Shown: positions 1 to 14,460 of the stretch, one piece after another
Layout: every line of letters begins with the position of its first letter
Numbering within the stretch: position 1 is the stretch's first letter
From: Octopus vulgaris
Taxonomy: Eukaryota
Assembly (NCBI GenBank): GCA_951406725.2
Contig: OX597817.1
Location: forward strand, 110,670,001-110,734,000
Reading direction: 5' to 3'
Length of the DNA: 64,000 bases
Program-made: the position numbers and the translations under genes
The notes under the pieces: generated by a model
What the model was told of the DNA's origin: nothing
What the model saw: only the letters and a program-made list of their open reading frames with translations
Databases searched by the model: none

Positions 1-914
1 TGAATGGAGGAATATTTGCCAAATGTTTCATGCAGGTTGAGAAATCACATAGCAGCTCCCTCATTGACTCGTTGAAAGTTAATCATAAATATTTATGTGT
101 TTCAGAATGTATCATAAATATTGCATTTAATATCTTTATGGAAATCATATTTAGCAGCAATTTTCTTCAATGTATGACATTTGAAATTGATATGGAAACA
201 TTCATAGATTATTTCTTCGTGTAATCTAAAACAATTTCATGTCTTTTTAATTTATATTTGTGCATTGCAAGTGCAGGCAAGCTTTATCACTGTTTCATTT
301 ATCTTTACTTTATTTAACTGGAATTAGAAGGATTTGTTTTACTGTGTCAGAAAATTGCACATTCATTAGTAAAAAACTAACACCCCAGTATGTTGCTGGT
401 GTAGCCATTTAATTGTTCTTTGAGACAAAACACGAAGTTAACCTGTGTGGGATTTGAACTTAGAAAGTTGAAAGACAGTACTAAATATTGAGCCTCTTAT
501 TATACATCTGTATGTGAGATTTGATTTTAAGTCATACACCATATTATAATGCAACCTTTAGGCTACTAAGGACTCCTTTTTACTGAAATGAATATTCTCA
601 TGGACTCTTTTGAAAGTTTGGGATATCCAACAAATTTTGAATTCAGCTCATGATCAGTTAGTACTACATTTGCCAATCCCTAGAGGTCCATAAACCCCAG
701 TTTGGGAACTCTTGTAGAATAATGGTTGGACAGTTATTTCATTACTACAGGTAGTGATAATTCTAGCCAAATATATATATCTGCTGGTAATGGCATAGAT
801 ACTTATGAACATCATACAGAAAAGTATTTCCATAAATTTTTTTATGAAGTTCAAAGTCCTTGATGTGTCTGATCTTTTAGAATTGGTGTAAAAAAATGGA
901 TATTTACAACTAAT

Positions 915-1244
915 ATGAAATGAAGAATCCAAGTGACAACAGAATTGAAGAGAAAGAAGAAGAAAAAGTGAACACCTATGAAGAATTGAAATGGGTAATA
1001 CACAGGTGGTGGGCAATAAAGAAAGTAGATGTGATACCAATGGTAATTGGTGCACTTGAAAGCATCAGTACCCAACTACCAACATGGCTCAAAAAGATTG
1101 GAACAAATGTAAAAATAGAACACAATCAAAAATTATCATTGCTTAGAACTCAAGAGTTCTCTGCATGGTTCTTGAAGTGTTGCTTTTGTCTGTTGGCTGT
1201 CACTTTCCTTCACACCTAGCAAAATAAGCTGAGTGTTTTCATGA

Positions 1245-1289
<45 letters not shown>
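915..1289 (+). mobile_element. 5'-truncated R4/Dong-like non-LTR retrotransposon relic (C-terminus of restriction-like endonuclease) with (TAA)n tail
   Basis: ORF 920-1219 reads PSDNRIEEKEEEKVNTYEELKWVIHRWW..KVDVIPMVIGAL, typical of the end of R2/R4-group REL endonucleases; followed by (AAT)n at 1246-1289, the usual Dong/R4 tail and target. Confidence 0.75.
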
Positions 1290-1299
1290 GATGATGATA

Positions 1300-1516
1300 A
1301 TGATGATTTCAAATTTTGCCACAAAGGCAGCCATTTTGGGGAGGGGATATGGTGGTTACGTCGACTCCCAGTGTTTCACTGGTACTTAATTCATTGATCC
1401 AGAATGGATGAAAGGCAAAGTCGACCTCGGTGGAATTTGAACTTAGAATGCAGCGATGGGCGAAATACCACTAAGCATTTTGTGCAACACGCTAACAATT
1501 CTTCTGGCTCCTTGCC
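1300..1516 (-). mobile_element. tRNA-derived SINE, family B (Meta-domain-like)
   Basis: Reverse complement contains a B-box-like GTTCAAATTCC followed by GAGGTCGACTTTGCCTTTCATCC...AAGTACCAG; same head as the copies at 7924-8333, 33527 and 38915. Confidence 0.7.
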
Positions 1517-1519
1517 ATG

Positions 1520-1559
<40 letters not shown>

Positions 1560-1790
1560 TGATAGATATAGAGAAGAACATACTGTTAGTGTTGCTCATA
1601 TAAATGAATTCACATATGTGTTTATCCATGTTATCACTGATGTTGAAAAGAATTTGTATATAAGATATATTAACTATCTCACCTTTACCAATTCACTATC
1701 ATCATCACACTTTTAAACATGCACGATAAGAAAAATATTATTTTGTATACAATGCAGTTTATTGTGTTAACAACTGCTTTGTAAAAATTT

Positions 1791-2125
1791 CATCATCATC
1801 ATCATCATCATACATTTGTTTTCCATGCTGGCATGGGTTGCACAGTTTGACAGGAGCTGGAAAGCCAGAGGACTGTGGCAAGTTCTACTGTCAGCTTTGG
1901 CAGGGCTTCTACAACTGGATGCCCCTCTTAATGCTATTTACTTTGCAGAGTGTACTGGGTGCTTTTTACATGGCACCAGCACCAGTGAGGTTACCAAGCA
2001 ACTTTCAAGATAAGAATCCCTCAATCGAGTAGAGTATTGAGAGAGGTGGCTTTGTGTCAGGTGATGAGAGGTGAAAGTATTGTAGAGGGAGAGAAACAGG
2101 TGTCTTGCTGTAGAAGAGATAAATG
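1791..2125 (-). mobile_element. RTE-type LINE 3' UTR fragment with (GAT)n tail
   Basis: CATCATCAT...TTCCATGCTGGCATGGGTTG...CTGGATGCCC, matching the copies at 7880, 17546, 23026 and 45280. Confidence 0.6.
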
Positions 2126-2840
2126 GCTACCCTAGTTGGAAAAGATAGACGAGAGAAGAGATGGTGATGTTCTGGAGCATATCCTGAAATTACAGGGTGG
2201 TGAATATAAGTGGCAGAGAGGATTAGATAGTGGAACAGGATAGCTAAGTTTACAAGACTGAGAAAGGAGAGTGCGAGATAGAGGGGAGGAGAATGCGGTG
2301 AGTAGTGAACACAGGTGGAGGGGAGGGGTTAGAAAGTGGAGTTTATGGGGAGAGATTCGATTGGGACAGATTCTGTGCAGGGGTATAGACATATATGACA
2401 TGCCTTTATAGCCCCACTTTTGCTTAAATGAATGGCTTTAAAATCAACATTAAGGAAAATAAATCTAATGCAAATAAATGATAAAGAATTTGTGAACCTG
2501 TAAATTATTCCAGCACTGGAATCCCCAGATCTCCCCTTGGAAACCTGAAATTTCCACTTCAGAAATTTCAAGTTTCCATGGGTAGCTAATTGTTATTTGC
2601 ATCCATCTTTTTATGATAGCATGATTGGATAACTAATAATCAGTTGTACTAGCATATCTAAGATATTTGCTAACATAGTTAATATTACATATTAGATCTA
2701 ATATTGCATGTTAGATCAAGTATTTTTTTTAAAGCTGAATGTATTTCCTACTGCTGACCAATTAGTGTAATGTATCTTTTATCAACAAGTAGTCTAAATT
2801 GTGGACAATACAACTTATTTTTATTTTAATGAACATACCA

Positions 2841-3202
2841 TAGGCGCAGGAGTGGCTGTGTGGTAAGTAGTTTGCTTACCAACCACATGGTTCCGGGTTC
2901 AGTCCCACTGCATGGCACATTGGGTAAGTGTCTTCTACTATAGACACGGACCGACCAAAGCCTTGTGAGTGGATTTGGTAGACGGAATCCATCGTATATA
3001 TGTGTATTTGTGTGTCTGTGTTTGACCCCAACATCACTTGACAACCGATGCTGGTGTGTTTACGTCCCCATAAGTTAGCGGTTCAGCAAAAAAGATTGAT
3101 GGAATAAGTACTAGGCTTACAAAGAATAAGTCCTGGGGTCGATTTGCTCGACTAAAGGCGGTGCTCCAGCATGGCCACAGTCAAATGACTGAAAAAAGAG
3201 TA
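2841..3202 (+). mobile_element. tRNA-derived SINE, family A (CORE-like)
   Basis: A-box-like TGGCTGTGTGGT, B-box-like GGTTCAGTCCC, CORE-like TTGGG(C/T)AAGTG, central (TA/TG)n, tail CAGCATGGCCACAGTCAAATGACTGAAA; at least 8 copies in the window. Confidence 0.85.
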
Positions 3203-5157
3203 TACCATATGAAGCTATACTTAGATATCCTAAGTATTATTCATTTATTGTTTTACTGGTTTCGGTTGTTGGACTGTGGCCAAGCTTAGGGCATAGCCAT
3301 CAAGAGATTTAGACAACTATATTGATACTAGTACAGTGACTGGTATTTAATTGATTGATCTAGTAAGGTAAAATGGCAAGGTCAACAATGTTCAGATGAA
3401 TGTAATTCAGACAGAGCCTAATTCTGCCCTCTCTTGTGTGTGAAGCATGGCCATATGTTATTAGGTTCAGTTCCACTGAATGTGTCCTGCAGTAGCACAT
3501 TGGGCCAGTACTTTCTACCATAGTGAGTGAGCTGATAGATGGAAACTGTACAGAACAGAACTCTTTGTGTGTGTGTGAGCTTTCATGTATGCTTATATAT
3601 GGAATATGTGTGTATCTGCAAATGTTTACTTACCTTGTATTTCTGGAAAATTGCTGTGATACAGACAGTGATATTGTTGACGTTTCTTTGCTGGTAAATT
3701 GTCTGGTTGCTCTGTATTTTCAGAGACAATTGGAGTGAAGACTCCCTGACTTGGAAAATCATGTAGAAGTTAGTGACAGGAAAGACATCCAGCCTCAGTG
3801 ATATATATTTGTTCAATTCATACTAGCATGGTGGGGGAAAAACACACATAAAGCAAATTAATTAATCACACACACACACACACACTCTCTCTTTCTCTCT
3901 CTCTTTTTCTCTCTCTCTCTCTCTCTCTCACTTACACATACACATATACAAAATACATGCAACACACATATGACAGGCTTCACACAGTTTCTGTTTATTT
4001 ACCAAATTTCACTCACAAGGCTTTGACATTTTATTTCACATAAAATTTTTGTAATGTTATTTGAGTATTTAATTTTCCTAAAATTTTCAAAATGAAATCA
4101 TGATAGTAAAAATCTCTGAGATATTCCTTAGACTAAACATTGAAAAAAAATTATCAAACTTGTTGCTAGTTATGACCGAATCACATGTCTCTAAAGCAAT
4201 AGAAACATTTCTGTGCCCAGGAACATCCAAGTTGCCAAAATTTATCTCAAGGTAAGTGATACAGACTAGTAATTTTAGATTTCACATAATTTTGGCAAGT
4301 TGCATTATTATATAAGATGCTGGTGCCAAATTCCATTCCCTTGCATCTGTTTTTGTTCCAGCCATAATAAAGTAGTTTTTCTACCTGTAAAACAAAATAA
4401 TCCCAGAGCAATGGTGAAGCACCAGAACTAGACTAAAAGATTTATAGTATGTACTCTTATCCATTTATGGTATGTTCTACTTTTATGTTTTACTAAACCT
4501 TACTTAGACTTATATCCCTTTAGGGGATTAATGAAGTAAGTACTAGTCATATACTAGGGTCAATCAACTGTACCCCATTCACCTGCAAAGCATGACTTCA
4601 TGTCAAAAGAAATCAATATTATTTGCACTGTTGCTATGGGGACATATCTAGTCAAGAAGTTATTTCTTAAGCTAATCACTTTACACGGAATCAAATATAA
4701 AGGCAGCTGATGTTGAATTATTCAGAATAATATATTCTTTTCAAATGTATACACATATGCATACGCAGACACATGCATAAGCATGTAAGGCTATTTGAAA
4801 TTATGCTAATATTTATTGCTGTTGCTGAAATGATGGTGGTGGTGGTGGTTCATTAGGAGATGTAACCTATGGTATAATATTATCTTTCATACTTAAAGGA
4901 ATAGAAGTCATTAACATTGGAGAAAGAGAGAAGAGGAATATTTTTATCATCTTTTATTGATTGATTGATATCACACCACCCAATGAGTTAACAAATACAA
5001 CAATACAGAGAAAAATTTATACAAAACTTAAAACAAATTACCATTGGCTAGAAAAGTATTTAACTTAATTTACGGTCATGCCAAGAACTGAAGTCAAAGC
5101 AGAAATAATTAACAAATTAATAAAATATAATTTATTTTTTAACATAATTAATACCTC

Positions 5158-5497
5158 ATTTTGTTGTGTCTTGGGAGAGTAACTGTGTCAATATTAATAA
5201 CACATGCACTGGTTTAATTCCACTCCTTTGTTATTAGCTAATTGGTTAAATATCTATCCAACTAACTAATTGATCATTTGTTTAACTTGTTGGTTAAAAT
5301 GTCAACTGTTTTTTTTTTACTTTTCTATTTTTTTCTTTTGTTAAAGTTCTTCTATTGCCATTCATAACCCTTTTCAGTGATTAATTAATTAGTTGGATGA
5401 ATATTCGACCAATTGACCAATAATAAAAGAATGGAATTGAACCAGTGCAAATATTATTAATATTGGTCTAATGACCCTTCCTAGACACAGCAAAATT
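5158..5497. mobile_element. old foldback MITE with ~120-bp imperfect inverted arms
   Basis: 5158-5278 (TTGTGTCTTGGGAGAGT...TGCACTGGTTTAATTCCA...ATCCAACTAA) is the reverse complement of 5373-5497 (TTAGTTGGAT...TGGAATTGAACCAGTGCA...CCTAGACACAGCAAAAT). Confidence 0.65.
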
Positions 5498-6205
5498 TGT
5501 TTCAACACATGAATTCACATAAAGAATCTTGCAAACCAAATACAAAAACAAAATTAATATCTCATGCTATTTACAAAATAACTCATTTATGTGATTCTCA
5601 TTTGTGTGCCAGGTAGTTTGGATGACCAAGTTAATAAAGACATTGGACAATCATGCAGATCGTCATTGTCACTGCATTTCATGAGTGGCTAAAACAATTT
5701 TCAGTGACCAAATCCACCAAGCTTTAAGTAAGTGCATGGTATAATTTGCCGCAGCATTTTAATAATTGACTGGTGATCTATTGGCTTCAGTCATATCTAT
5801 AAATTGGTCTACTGAGAGAGCCATTGGTTGTCACTTACATCCAATTGACAGCTTTTCTTCATAATGAAAGATATGTTTCTCATCTGCTTAATAACAGAAA
5901 TTGGAGAAGGGTACTGGTCTAGTAAATCCTGTAGATCTGATGGCAAAATAGCAGCCAGATCTTCATGAAAACACCAACCCATGCCAGCATGGAAAACGGA
6001 CGTTAAACGATGATGATGATGATGATGCATTAGACATGTACCATAAAAAAGATGAACTGGTCATGACTTTGATCAAACATCATCTCAGTGCAGGGTGAGT
6101 TGGGTTTAAGCAACATAAAAGAGGAATGTAGTTTATTTCAAGCTACATTCTGATGATAAAATAAACAAATTTGAATTAATTCATATTAATTTTTACCAGT
6201 TTTTT

Positions 6206-6582
6206 ATAGGCGCAGGAGTGGCTGTGTGGTAAGTAGCTTGCTTACAAACCACATGGTTCCGGGTTCAGTCCCACTGCATGGCACCTTGGGCAAGTGTCTT
6301 CTACTATAGCCTGGAACTGATGAAAGCCTTGTGAGTGGATTTGGTAGATGGAAACTGAAAGAAGCCTGTCATATGTATATATATATATGTTTGTGTGTCT
6401 GTGTTTGTTCCCCCACCATCGCTTGACAACCAATGTTGATGAGTTTACATCCCCGTAACTTAGTGGTTCGGCAAAAGAGTCTGATCGAATAAGTACAAGG
6501 CTTACAAAAAATAAGTCCTGGGGTTGATTTGTTTGACTAAAGGCGGTACTCCAGCATGGCCACAGTCAAATGACTGAAACAA
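6206..6582 (+). mobile_element. SINE family A
   Basis: Near full-length match to 2841-3202. Confidence 0.85.
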
Positions 6583-7877
6583 ATATATTGAAAAACCTCC
6601 ATGTAATAACTTGAAATATTTTTTCCATACACAGATATTTAGTATTAGTTATAGTCTCTTTTGCATTACTAGACATATTAAGTAGTATGACTTATCCAGT
6701 GCTTGTATTTGACAGTAATATTCTCAGACACTTACCAAATATTAGAAAGTTACAGGCCTTCTATCCTATATTTTTCTCCTTTTTTTTTTGTAGTGGTAGG
6801 GGTCTTTTTCCTTCCTGTATATCAGTTTTCAGGATCTTCTATATTGTTATCTTTGGTGCATCAATTATTTGTTAAGGGCAGGATGTGTCAAGTCAGATGT
6901 AGTTTGTGTTGTCGCAGTTCTGGTGATCTGATTCTCAGTGGAAATTCCACATTGGTACTATGACTGTAATAAGTGACATAAATAATTGGTATCTTAGTTT
7001 TCTGCTTGGGATTAAAAAATTTCCAGGGAACAAAAAAATTGTGTTTTCAAGAAGCCACAGGAACTAACTAATAAAGGCAAGCTATTATTTAGTTTAGGAA
7101 CCTTTAATAAGTGAATGAGATTATTCTTCTGTTGGGAAGGATATTAGTTATCATTAATAATATTCTCAAAGTATTTGGTGCTATTGCTCACAGCTAGCTA
7201 GCTAAACATATACATATAGAATTAAATTCACTCATGTTAATTTTTGTTTTATTTTTAAAACCTTGTCTAACTCTATGTCTTTGTGAATCACTGTATCTGT
7301 TACTTAACTAGGGCCTACTGAAGCAGTTATTAGTTGATATTGTTGCACAGATGATATTCATTAAGAAATAAATAATTTAAGTACAAACCTAAATGCCTAT
7401 AGCTGAATGTGTAAAAAAAACGTTTAAAATATTATTGAAATGTGCAAGTGCAACTGAACATTTGCTTAATAAAAGCTATCTTCAAAAAAGAAATAATGAA
7501 ATTTTAATGAGGTAAAATGGTGTGCCTTAAAAAGCAAGTCAGCAAGTCTCCTGACCTTTGTTGTTCATGTTATATGCATTAACTACTCAAAATAAGTATT
7601 GATTTTACTTCAAGATAAAATTACTAAATTAATACTGAATTTTAATTAGTTTTCTTTGATCAAGTGTTCATCATATTAATACATGGACAATGCATTGCAT
7701 CTATAATATTAGAAAACATTTTGGAGTATTTTACTTTGATTAAAGCACTTATCACAGCTAAAAATGCTAGTAAAGCTCGTTAAAAGTACCCTCAAAATAC
7801 CATTCTAGCTATGTTTCCCAATTTTTTCCAGTTTACCATATTGTTGGTCTTAATTCATAGCATTACTTAGTAAATCA

Positions 7878-8740
7878 TTGTCATCGTGTAACGTCCGCTG
7901 TCCATGCTGGCATGGGTTGCACGCAGCAAGCTGGCAGACATGTTAGCACGCCAGGTGAAATGCTTAGCGGTATTTCGTCTGCCGTTACGTTCTGAGTTCA
8001 AATCCCGCCGAGGTCGATTTTGCCTTTCATCCTTTCGGGGTTGATAAATTAAGTACCAGTTACGCACTGGGGTCGATGTAATCGACTTAATCTGTTTGTC
8101 TATCCTTGTTTGTCCCCTCTATGTCTAGCCCCTTGTGGGTGGTAAAGAAATAGGTATTTCGTCTGCCGTTACATTCTGAGTTCAAATCCCGCCGAGGTCG
8201 ATTTTGCCTTTCATCCTCTCGGGGTCGATAAATTAAGTACCAGTTACGCACTGGGATCGATGTTGTCGACTTAATCCGTTTGTCTGTCCTTGTTTGTCCC
8301 CTCTATGTTTAGCCCCTTGTGGGTAATAAAGAAACGGGTTTGACATGGAGCTGTCCAGACTCCAGTTCTCTGTTGTGGCTTGGTTTCTACAGCTGGATGC
8401 CCCTCCTAATGCCAACCACTTAACAGTGTGTTGGGTGCATTTTATGTGCCACCAGCATGGATGCATTTATGCAGCACTGGCACAGGTGTGTTAACACAGC
8501 ACCAGCACAGGTGCCTTTTAAGTGGCACCAGCACCTGAAAGGACAAGCCTGTATGTGTGGAAGACAGCAATTTTATTTAGCTTGACATGTCTTATCAAGT
8601 ACAGCAAATCGCCACTTCTCCCAATCCCTTGTCATTTCTTCAGTGAAACCTAGCATCCAAAGATTCTTTCTCACCACTTTGTCCCATGTCTTCCCTTCCA
8701 CAGGTACCCCCCACAATTAGAGCTTGGTACTTCTTTCATG
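7878..8740 (-). mobile_element. 5'-truncated RTE-clade LINE (ORF C-terminus plus 3' UTR), interrupted by a SINE B dimer
   Basis: Minus strand 8580-8735 reads KYQALIVGGTCGRG/KTWDKVVRKNLWMLGFTEEMTRDWEKWRFAV (RTE C-terminal GRP-TW motif); the 3' UTR ends in the AGCATGGACAGCGGACGTTA.ACGATGA tail at 7880-7910. Confidence 0.75.
7924..8333 (+). mobile_element. SINE family B, tandem dimer
   Basis: Two ~185-bp units (GGTATTTCGTCTGCCGTTAC...GAGTTCAAATCCCGCCGAGGTCG...TGTCCCCTCTATG..TAGCCCCTTGTGGGT...AAAGAAA) at 7969-8152 and 8153-8333. Confidence 0.85.
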
Positions 8741-8744
8741 AAAT

Positions 8745-8955
8745 ATCAGGAGCCTCTGTAGCTTGCTCGACTGGTTAGAAATAGCAGCTAAATAGTCATG
8801 AAATCACACCCTATGATCTTACAAAAAGGAAGGACACATTAGATAATGCAGTCCTAGATTTACTATGTCTGAAAAAAAATACAGGATGACCTTGGCTGAA
8901 ACCACTTTGTTCATAGTTACGCTCAATCAAAGTAGTTGTAGAGTTAAAGAACATA
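8745..8955 (+). repeat. old interspersed repeat (family C); degenerate relatives near 10620, 12610, 21270, 24040, 24770, 30548, 52990 and 55200
   Basis: Shared motifs GAGCCTCT.TAG...CTAGAAATAGCAGC.AAAT...AAATCACAC and GATCAAA.G..TTCCAG.CATGACCATCC. Confidence 0.55.
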
Positions 8956-10048
8956 ACCATAAACACTGCTCTGTAGCATTACCTAGGAGAATAGGTCACA
9001 AAATAATATAAAATAACATAAAAAGAGGAGCTAATAACTCCTACACACCTTTAGGAATGTTTTTATTCACAAAGCTGGCATAAACAATCTGAATACCAGT
9101 TTTGGGAACTATTGATTTTATATAGCAGTTTGGTAGTGTAAAACCACAGTGTGTAGCCAACCAGCCTTCCTTGTTATATTATCTCTATTAGATCTGTAAT
9201 TAAAGGACATCTACCCTTTGAACTGGACTGTTTTTGTTGATATTTCTATGTTTTGTTTGGCATCCAACATATCTCTGCTATCACACATACATCTTCCAAC
9301 TTTAAGTGTATGAATGATGATTATAATGATGATGATGATGGTGATGATAATCATCATTAGTGTCATTACCATCATCAAGTTGTTTTAATTAGGTGAATGT
9401 GTTGCTACAACATATTTCCGCTTGTCTTGTTTGTGAGGTCCTGAATCCTACATTCAGAGCTGACATATGCAAAGATCTGTGGCACTGTAAAGTGCTATCA
9501 ACAACAACAATACCTAAACTTGATACAAGATAATGAAATTTATAACATTAACCCCAAAATTGAAATTAAACTTCTAAACATTCTAAAAAAAAAAAGAAAA
9601 AAGAAAGAAGTAGAGATGCCATTCAGTAAGAAGATATATGACTTGTGGTATAAAACATTTTTTGTTGTAAATATGTATATGGAGCTATCAGTTTGTCTTG
9701 AGGTTTGACATATAAATAGAAAAGGATACAAAAATTACTAAACAGCTAAAAAAAATTTTTGATGCATACTAATTACTTTATCCTGGCATGAAGCACAGGG
9801 CAGTTGGAAGGGAAAGAGACAATTTGAGCAATGATTGTTAAGTGAGTAATAATATTTGGTGGATATAAATTTGTTAATTTTGTTAGCTTTGATGAATACT
9901 GAGTGGTTGATGTTTCTTTTGTTTAAATTTGAAGTTTCTTTTGGGTTGATACTGAGATATATGACTAGATTGATTTAATTCCCTTTGGAAGATAATTAAA
10001 AAGTAAGACAGTTTTTTTTTATAAAAGGGATGTTTCATTAACATTATC

Positions 10049-10440
10049 TTTTATCTTTTACTTGCTTCAGTCATTAGACTATGGCCATGCTGGGGCATTG
10101 CCTTGAAGAATTTTTAGTTGAATGACACAATCCCAATACATATCTTTTTTTTAAGCCTGGTACTTATTCTGTCAGTCTCTTTTGTTGAACCACCAAGTTA
10201 CAGGGATGTAAACACAACAACACCAGTTGTCAAATGGTGGTGGAGGACATTCTCAGACACAAACACAAATGCACACACATGATGGACTTCTTTCTGTTTC
10301 TGTCTATCAAATTCACTCACAAGGCTTTGGTCTGCCTGAGGTTATAGTTGAAGACACTTGGCCAAGGTGCCACACAGTGGGACTGAACCTGGAACATGTG
10401 GTTGGGAAGCAAGCTTCTTACCACACTACTACACCTGCAC
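10049..10440 (-). mobile_element. SINE family A
   Basis: Reverse complement of 2841-3202. Confidence 0.8.
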
Positions 10441-11231
10441 TTATGAGCCACACCTCCACCTATCAGTTGATAACAGTGAGTGAAATATAAAAATTCTGGA
10501 GCTCTGTGTCAAATATCTTACTATATCATTATCCATCTACATTATGAATTCAAATCCTATTTATTTATTTTGCATTTATTTTGCCTTTATTCATTTTGAA
10601 GTTATATATCATTATCTGAGCCAAAGCAAGCTCTGATCAAGCTGGCTTATCATCAAAAGTGTTCCAGTCATGACCATCCCATATCTTATACAAAGACTTT
10701 GTGTATATATAGCACTGCATTATCCAATGTATCCTTCATTTTCTTAACGTCCTAGATTGTTATTAGTAGGAGAGTTGACTATTTTTGTAGCAGGTTAAGC
10801 AATTGTATTAAAGCTCCCTTCAGAGTTGATAAAAAAAAATTTTAAAAAAAACAGAACAGAAATGATTGTGAATTGCAAAAATTCCCTTAAAGTCATTACT
10901 CCTTTTTGTTTCGATTTTGAATCTTACTTAAAAGTCTAGATTTTCCTTGTTACTAGAAGAGTTTATCACATGCCTAGTTTCCCCTTTCTCTTATCCTCAT
11001 TAACTCTCCCCTCATTTCTCTAACATTTTCTCACTACATAGACAAAGAGCATGTTTCCACTATTAATATGCTGTTGGTTAGATGCTGCAAAAGACATGGT
11101 TGCACAGACACATTATTACAATCACATATACATAGTAAACTGAGAATGTACTGCCATGCACATGCACATACACATTAATGTCTGTCACACAAGTACACAC
11201 ACAATTGAAGACATATGCATATTATACACAT

Positions 11232-11288
11232 GCACACAATAGTGCATCATGCACACAATAGTGCATCATGCACATAATAATGTATCAG
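11232..11288. repeat. 19-bp tandem repeat (GCACACAATAGTGCATCAT) x~3
   Basis: Directly visible. Confidence 0.7.
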
Positions 11289-14249
11289 ACACATACAAAT
11301 ACACACTCATAATGGTCAAATTAAAACTTTTTATTGACAATGCCTCTTATAAGCACATAACCCATATTCATGAACAATGTCCCATACAACCCAAGATTGT
11401 TTTATATTAAATATGTTACATTTCATATTATTGTTTTTATGAACATTTGGAACTATTTGTCATATTTAGCTGTTGGTGTCTCATCTTAACAGCTTGTTGC
11501 TGTAGCTGCACAGAACAAAGGCTCTGTTAAGATTATTGTGAACATAATTCACTTAATCTTCTTTAAAAAGAATAAAACTGATTGTTGATATGTCTTGAAT
11601 TTTGCTTCTAAGTTTTATTAATTCCTAAACAGTAATTTTTACACCTGTTAAAATATGATATGATAGAGTAAAATGAATAGAGTCTTTGCAGGATCTTTTT
11701 ATTAGGCTATGAAGCTGTGGCTCACTAGAAACATCTATTGATGCACAGCCTATCAGCCAGAGACAACCATAAGCACATTTTTTTGGAACATAATAAATTA
11801 CTTGATTGTTACCTTATTGACACCTGAGCAGAAGTAATAAGGTTCAATCTGAACAATAAGAGATTAATATCAAAATACTACATTACTATTTCCAATGTAA
11901 GGATGATATGTTGTTAAGGAAAATCAACATCAAGGTGGGATCAATCCACAAACCTTGGCTTTACACTGCAGTCTCGATCTTGTTATCAATAAACTGTCCT
12001 AGCTTTCATTTAAAAGTATTGATATTTTGTATAGCTTTGATATCATCATCTAATTCAGTGTACAGTTGTGTTGTGAAAATATTAGTTATATTCTGATGTA
12101 AAGTAATTTATTTATACTCATGTTCCATTTCAAAAGTGCCTTACATATAGAAAGAGCCATTTTCTTATTTTCTTCCTCTGATGGAACCAAGGATGTTTCT
12201 AATTTATATCAGAAATGTATAATTGTCACAACTCTCATTCTCCCTATATATCTGCAGTTTGGTAGACAAACATCTACCTCATAATTACTATTGGTAATAG
12301 AAGTGGTGGTGGTGCTGCTGGTGGTAATGGTTGTAATTATTAAGAGGAAAGTTAGTGATCTGCAAAGTAATTTGAGCAATGAAATTTGAAAGATCTCAAT
12401 TTATTTTATTATTATGCTTTGTGTTACTGATCATTTTGCTGGTCCAAACTTAATTACCATCCTAAGAATCAATACCTTGAGTGTTTTTTTCTGACATACT
12501 CCACACAACCAAATAGTAAGACGTAGATCTTGCTGAATATAGATTTGTAAGACTGAATCTGAGACTTTATTAGACAGTAGAAAAGAAGTTATACAGATGT
12601 GTTATTGAGCTAATGAGGACCCTGTGGCTTAACCTAGTAGAAATGGTGGCTATAGTACCCTCAAATTACACTCCACTGCTTGAACAGTGTAGACTAAGCA
12701 ATAACATGCTATCATTCTTTATCGAAAGCAGCCAGTAAGTTGCCAAATCTAGTATTTCATAAAAAGCATCAGCCTATGTTTAATATTCCATTATGACACT
12801 TTGAATTTCAATTCAAATACTTATAAGACATATTTTACCTAACATATTTAATTTATTTTGATACGCAATCTACTTTAGACAGCCCCTGTATTTATGATAT
12901 AAAAGCATCTGTTTTAAATTAAAATTGTATGTAAGGATGTCTTAATTGAGTAATGTTTCAAAGACCAACTTAATAATGGAGAAGCCAGTTATTTTAGTAA
13001 CTAATTAAAATCTTGACTATTTAAAAAATAAATAGAAACTCAAGTAATTTCTACAGAAATGTGGTCACAAAACATTTAGTACACTATTTTACTTAGTTGA
13101 TAGACAGTTACATCAAAATAACACTAGGTAAGTAAAAGCATATATCTAAATTTTGGATAGTTTCCCTGTTTCACATTGGATGAGATAGCCAACTGGCACT
13201 AGTTTTTGCATAAAATTTGGAGGACTAATTTTGTTTATGTTACCATTCTCATTACTATAGTGCTATATTTCTGTTACCAAAACTGATATTTAATACTGAC
13301 AACAAGGGAGTTTTAAATATACTTAGAATTCAAACTGTGGACAGGACTGAAATGATGCCTTTACAGCAGACATTTATAAGGGGCTTCCAAGGCTCCTCAC
13401 ATAATTTGAGTATCAAAGCTAAATAGTGAATGAAGGAGCCTCTATGTAGTTTCCTATAGAAATATTAAGAGGTTTTTTTTTCTCCCATCTTTATCTGGTT
13501 AAAAAGTAAGTCAAAATAAGGCACACTGTAAATTCCTGTTCACTTTAACACTAGTTAGGAATTATGGAATTATTCTGCTAAGTACAACACTAATCCATAA
13601 CTAAATCTACTGACTTTGTGGATCTGTTTTGAACAGAACATGATTTAATTACTATACAAATATTGATTCTTTGCTTTGGCATAAGGCCACAATTTCACAA
13701 GAAAGAAAAATGTAGTGGTATAATCTTCATAACTTCCTCAAGGAAATGTAAATGATGTGAATTGGCTTGCCAAGAACTTGAATCTTACTTTACAAGACAT
13801 ATCAGAATAAAGCTTTCTTTAATGGTTATTTATACTTAATATGTTACAATTTGATCTGTTATTTAATATTCTTCACTTAATTAGGACTCTACCTTTTGTA
13901 TATTAATTTCATCTAATACAGCTGTACAAAATAATCTATTATTAATTGTATTTGGATAGAGCAGGCACTGGATATTAACAACTTGTAGAATACACTTTAT
14001 ATTACAACAGCTTAACAAATCTGATATAACCATCTTATTTAATACTGACATCTTTTAGAATTGCCAACAGTATTTCATACCAACTGTACAATCCTATTAC
14101 ACGTATCCACCACTTCCCATTATGATCTCCGGAACATAATTGTGGCCTCTAAAACCTAGTTGTGGAAATTGTTATTTATTGAGCTACAAGACTTCTTTAA
14201 ATGATAATAGAAATAATTTCTCACTCTAGTTTATTTATGTATTATGTTT

Positions 14250-14460
14250 GCTTGCTTCATGGGGCTGGGGCTATCCCAGGTTAGTGATCCCATGCATAGG
14301 GCCAACCAGGTCCACCAGTGCTCTCTATCACTGGTGGTTCCAGGCCAGCCACTCTGCATCCTTCAAGGTGACATTGAGCCTCTAGAGACCTTCCCCAATC
14401 ATGCCCAGTCATCTAGTGTGGGGCCAGCCATGAGGTCTCTTCCAGCCTGTAGCTGCTGCA
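14250..14460 (-). mobile_element. RTE-like LINE 3' end fragment
   Basis: Minus strand HGWPHTR*LGMIGEGL*RLNVTLKDAEWLA...RALVDLVG; homologous copy at 31070-31240. Confidence 0.6.

Noticed and set aside
2845-2915. tRNA gene
   Set aside because: Only A/B-box-like SINE head; no convincing cloverleaf.
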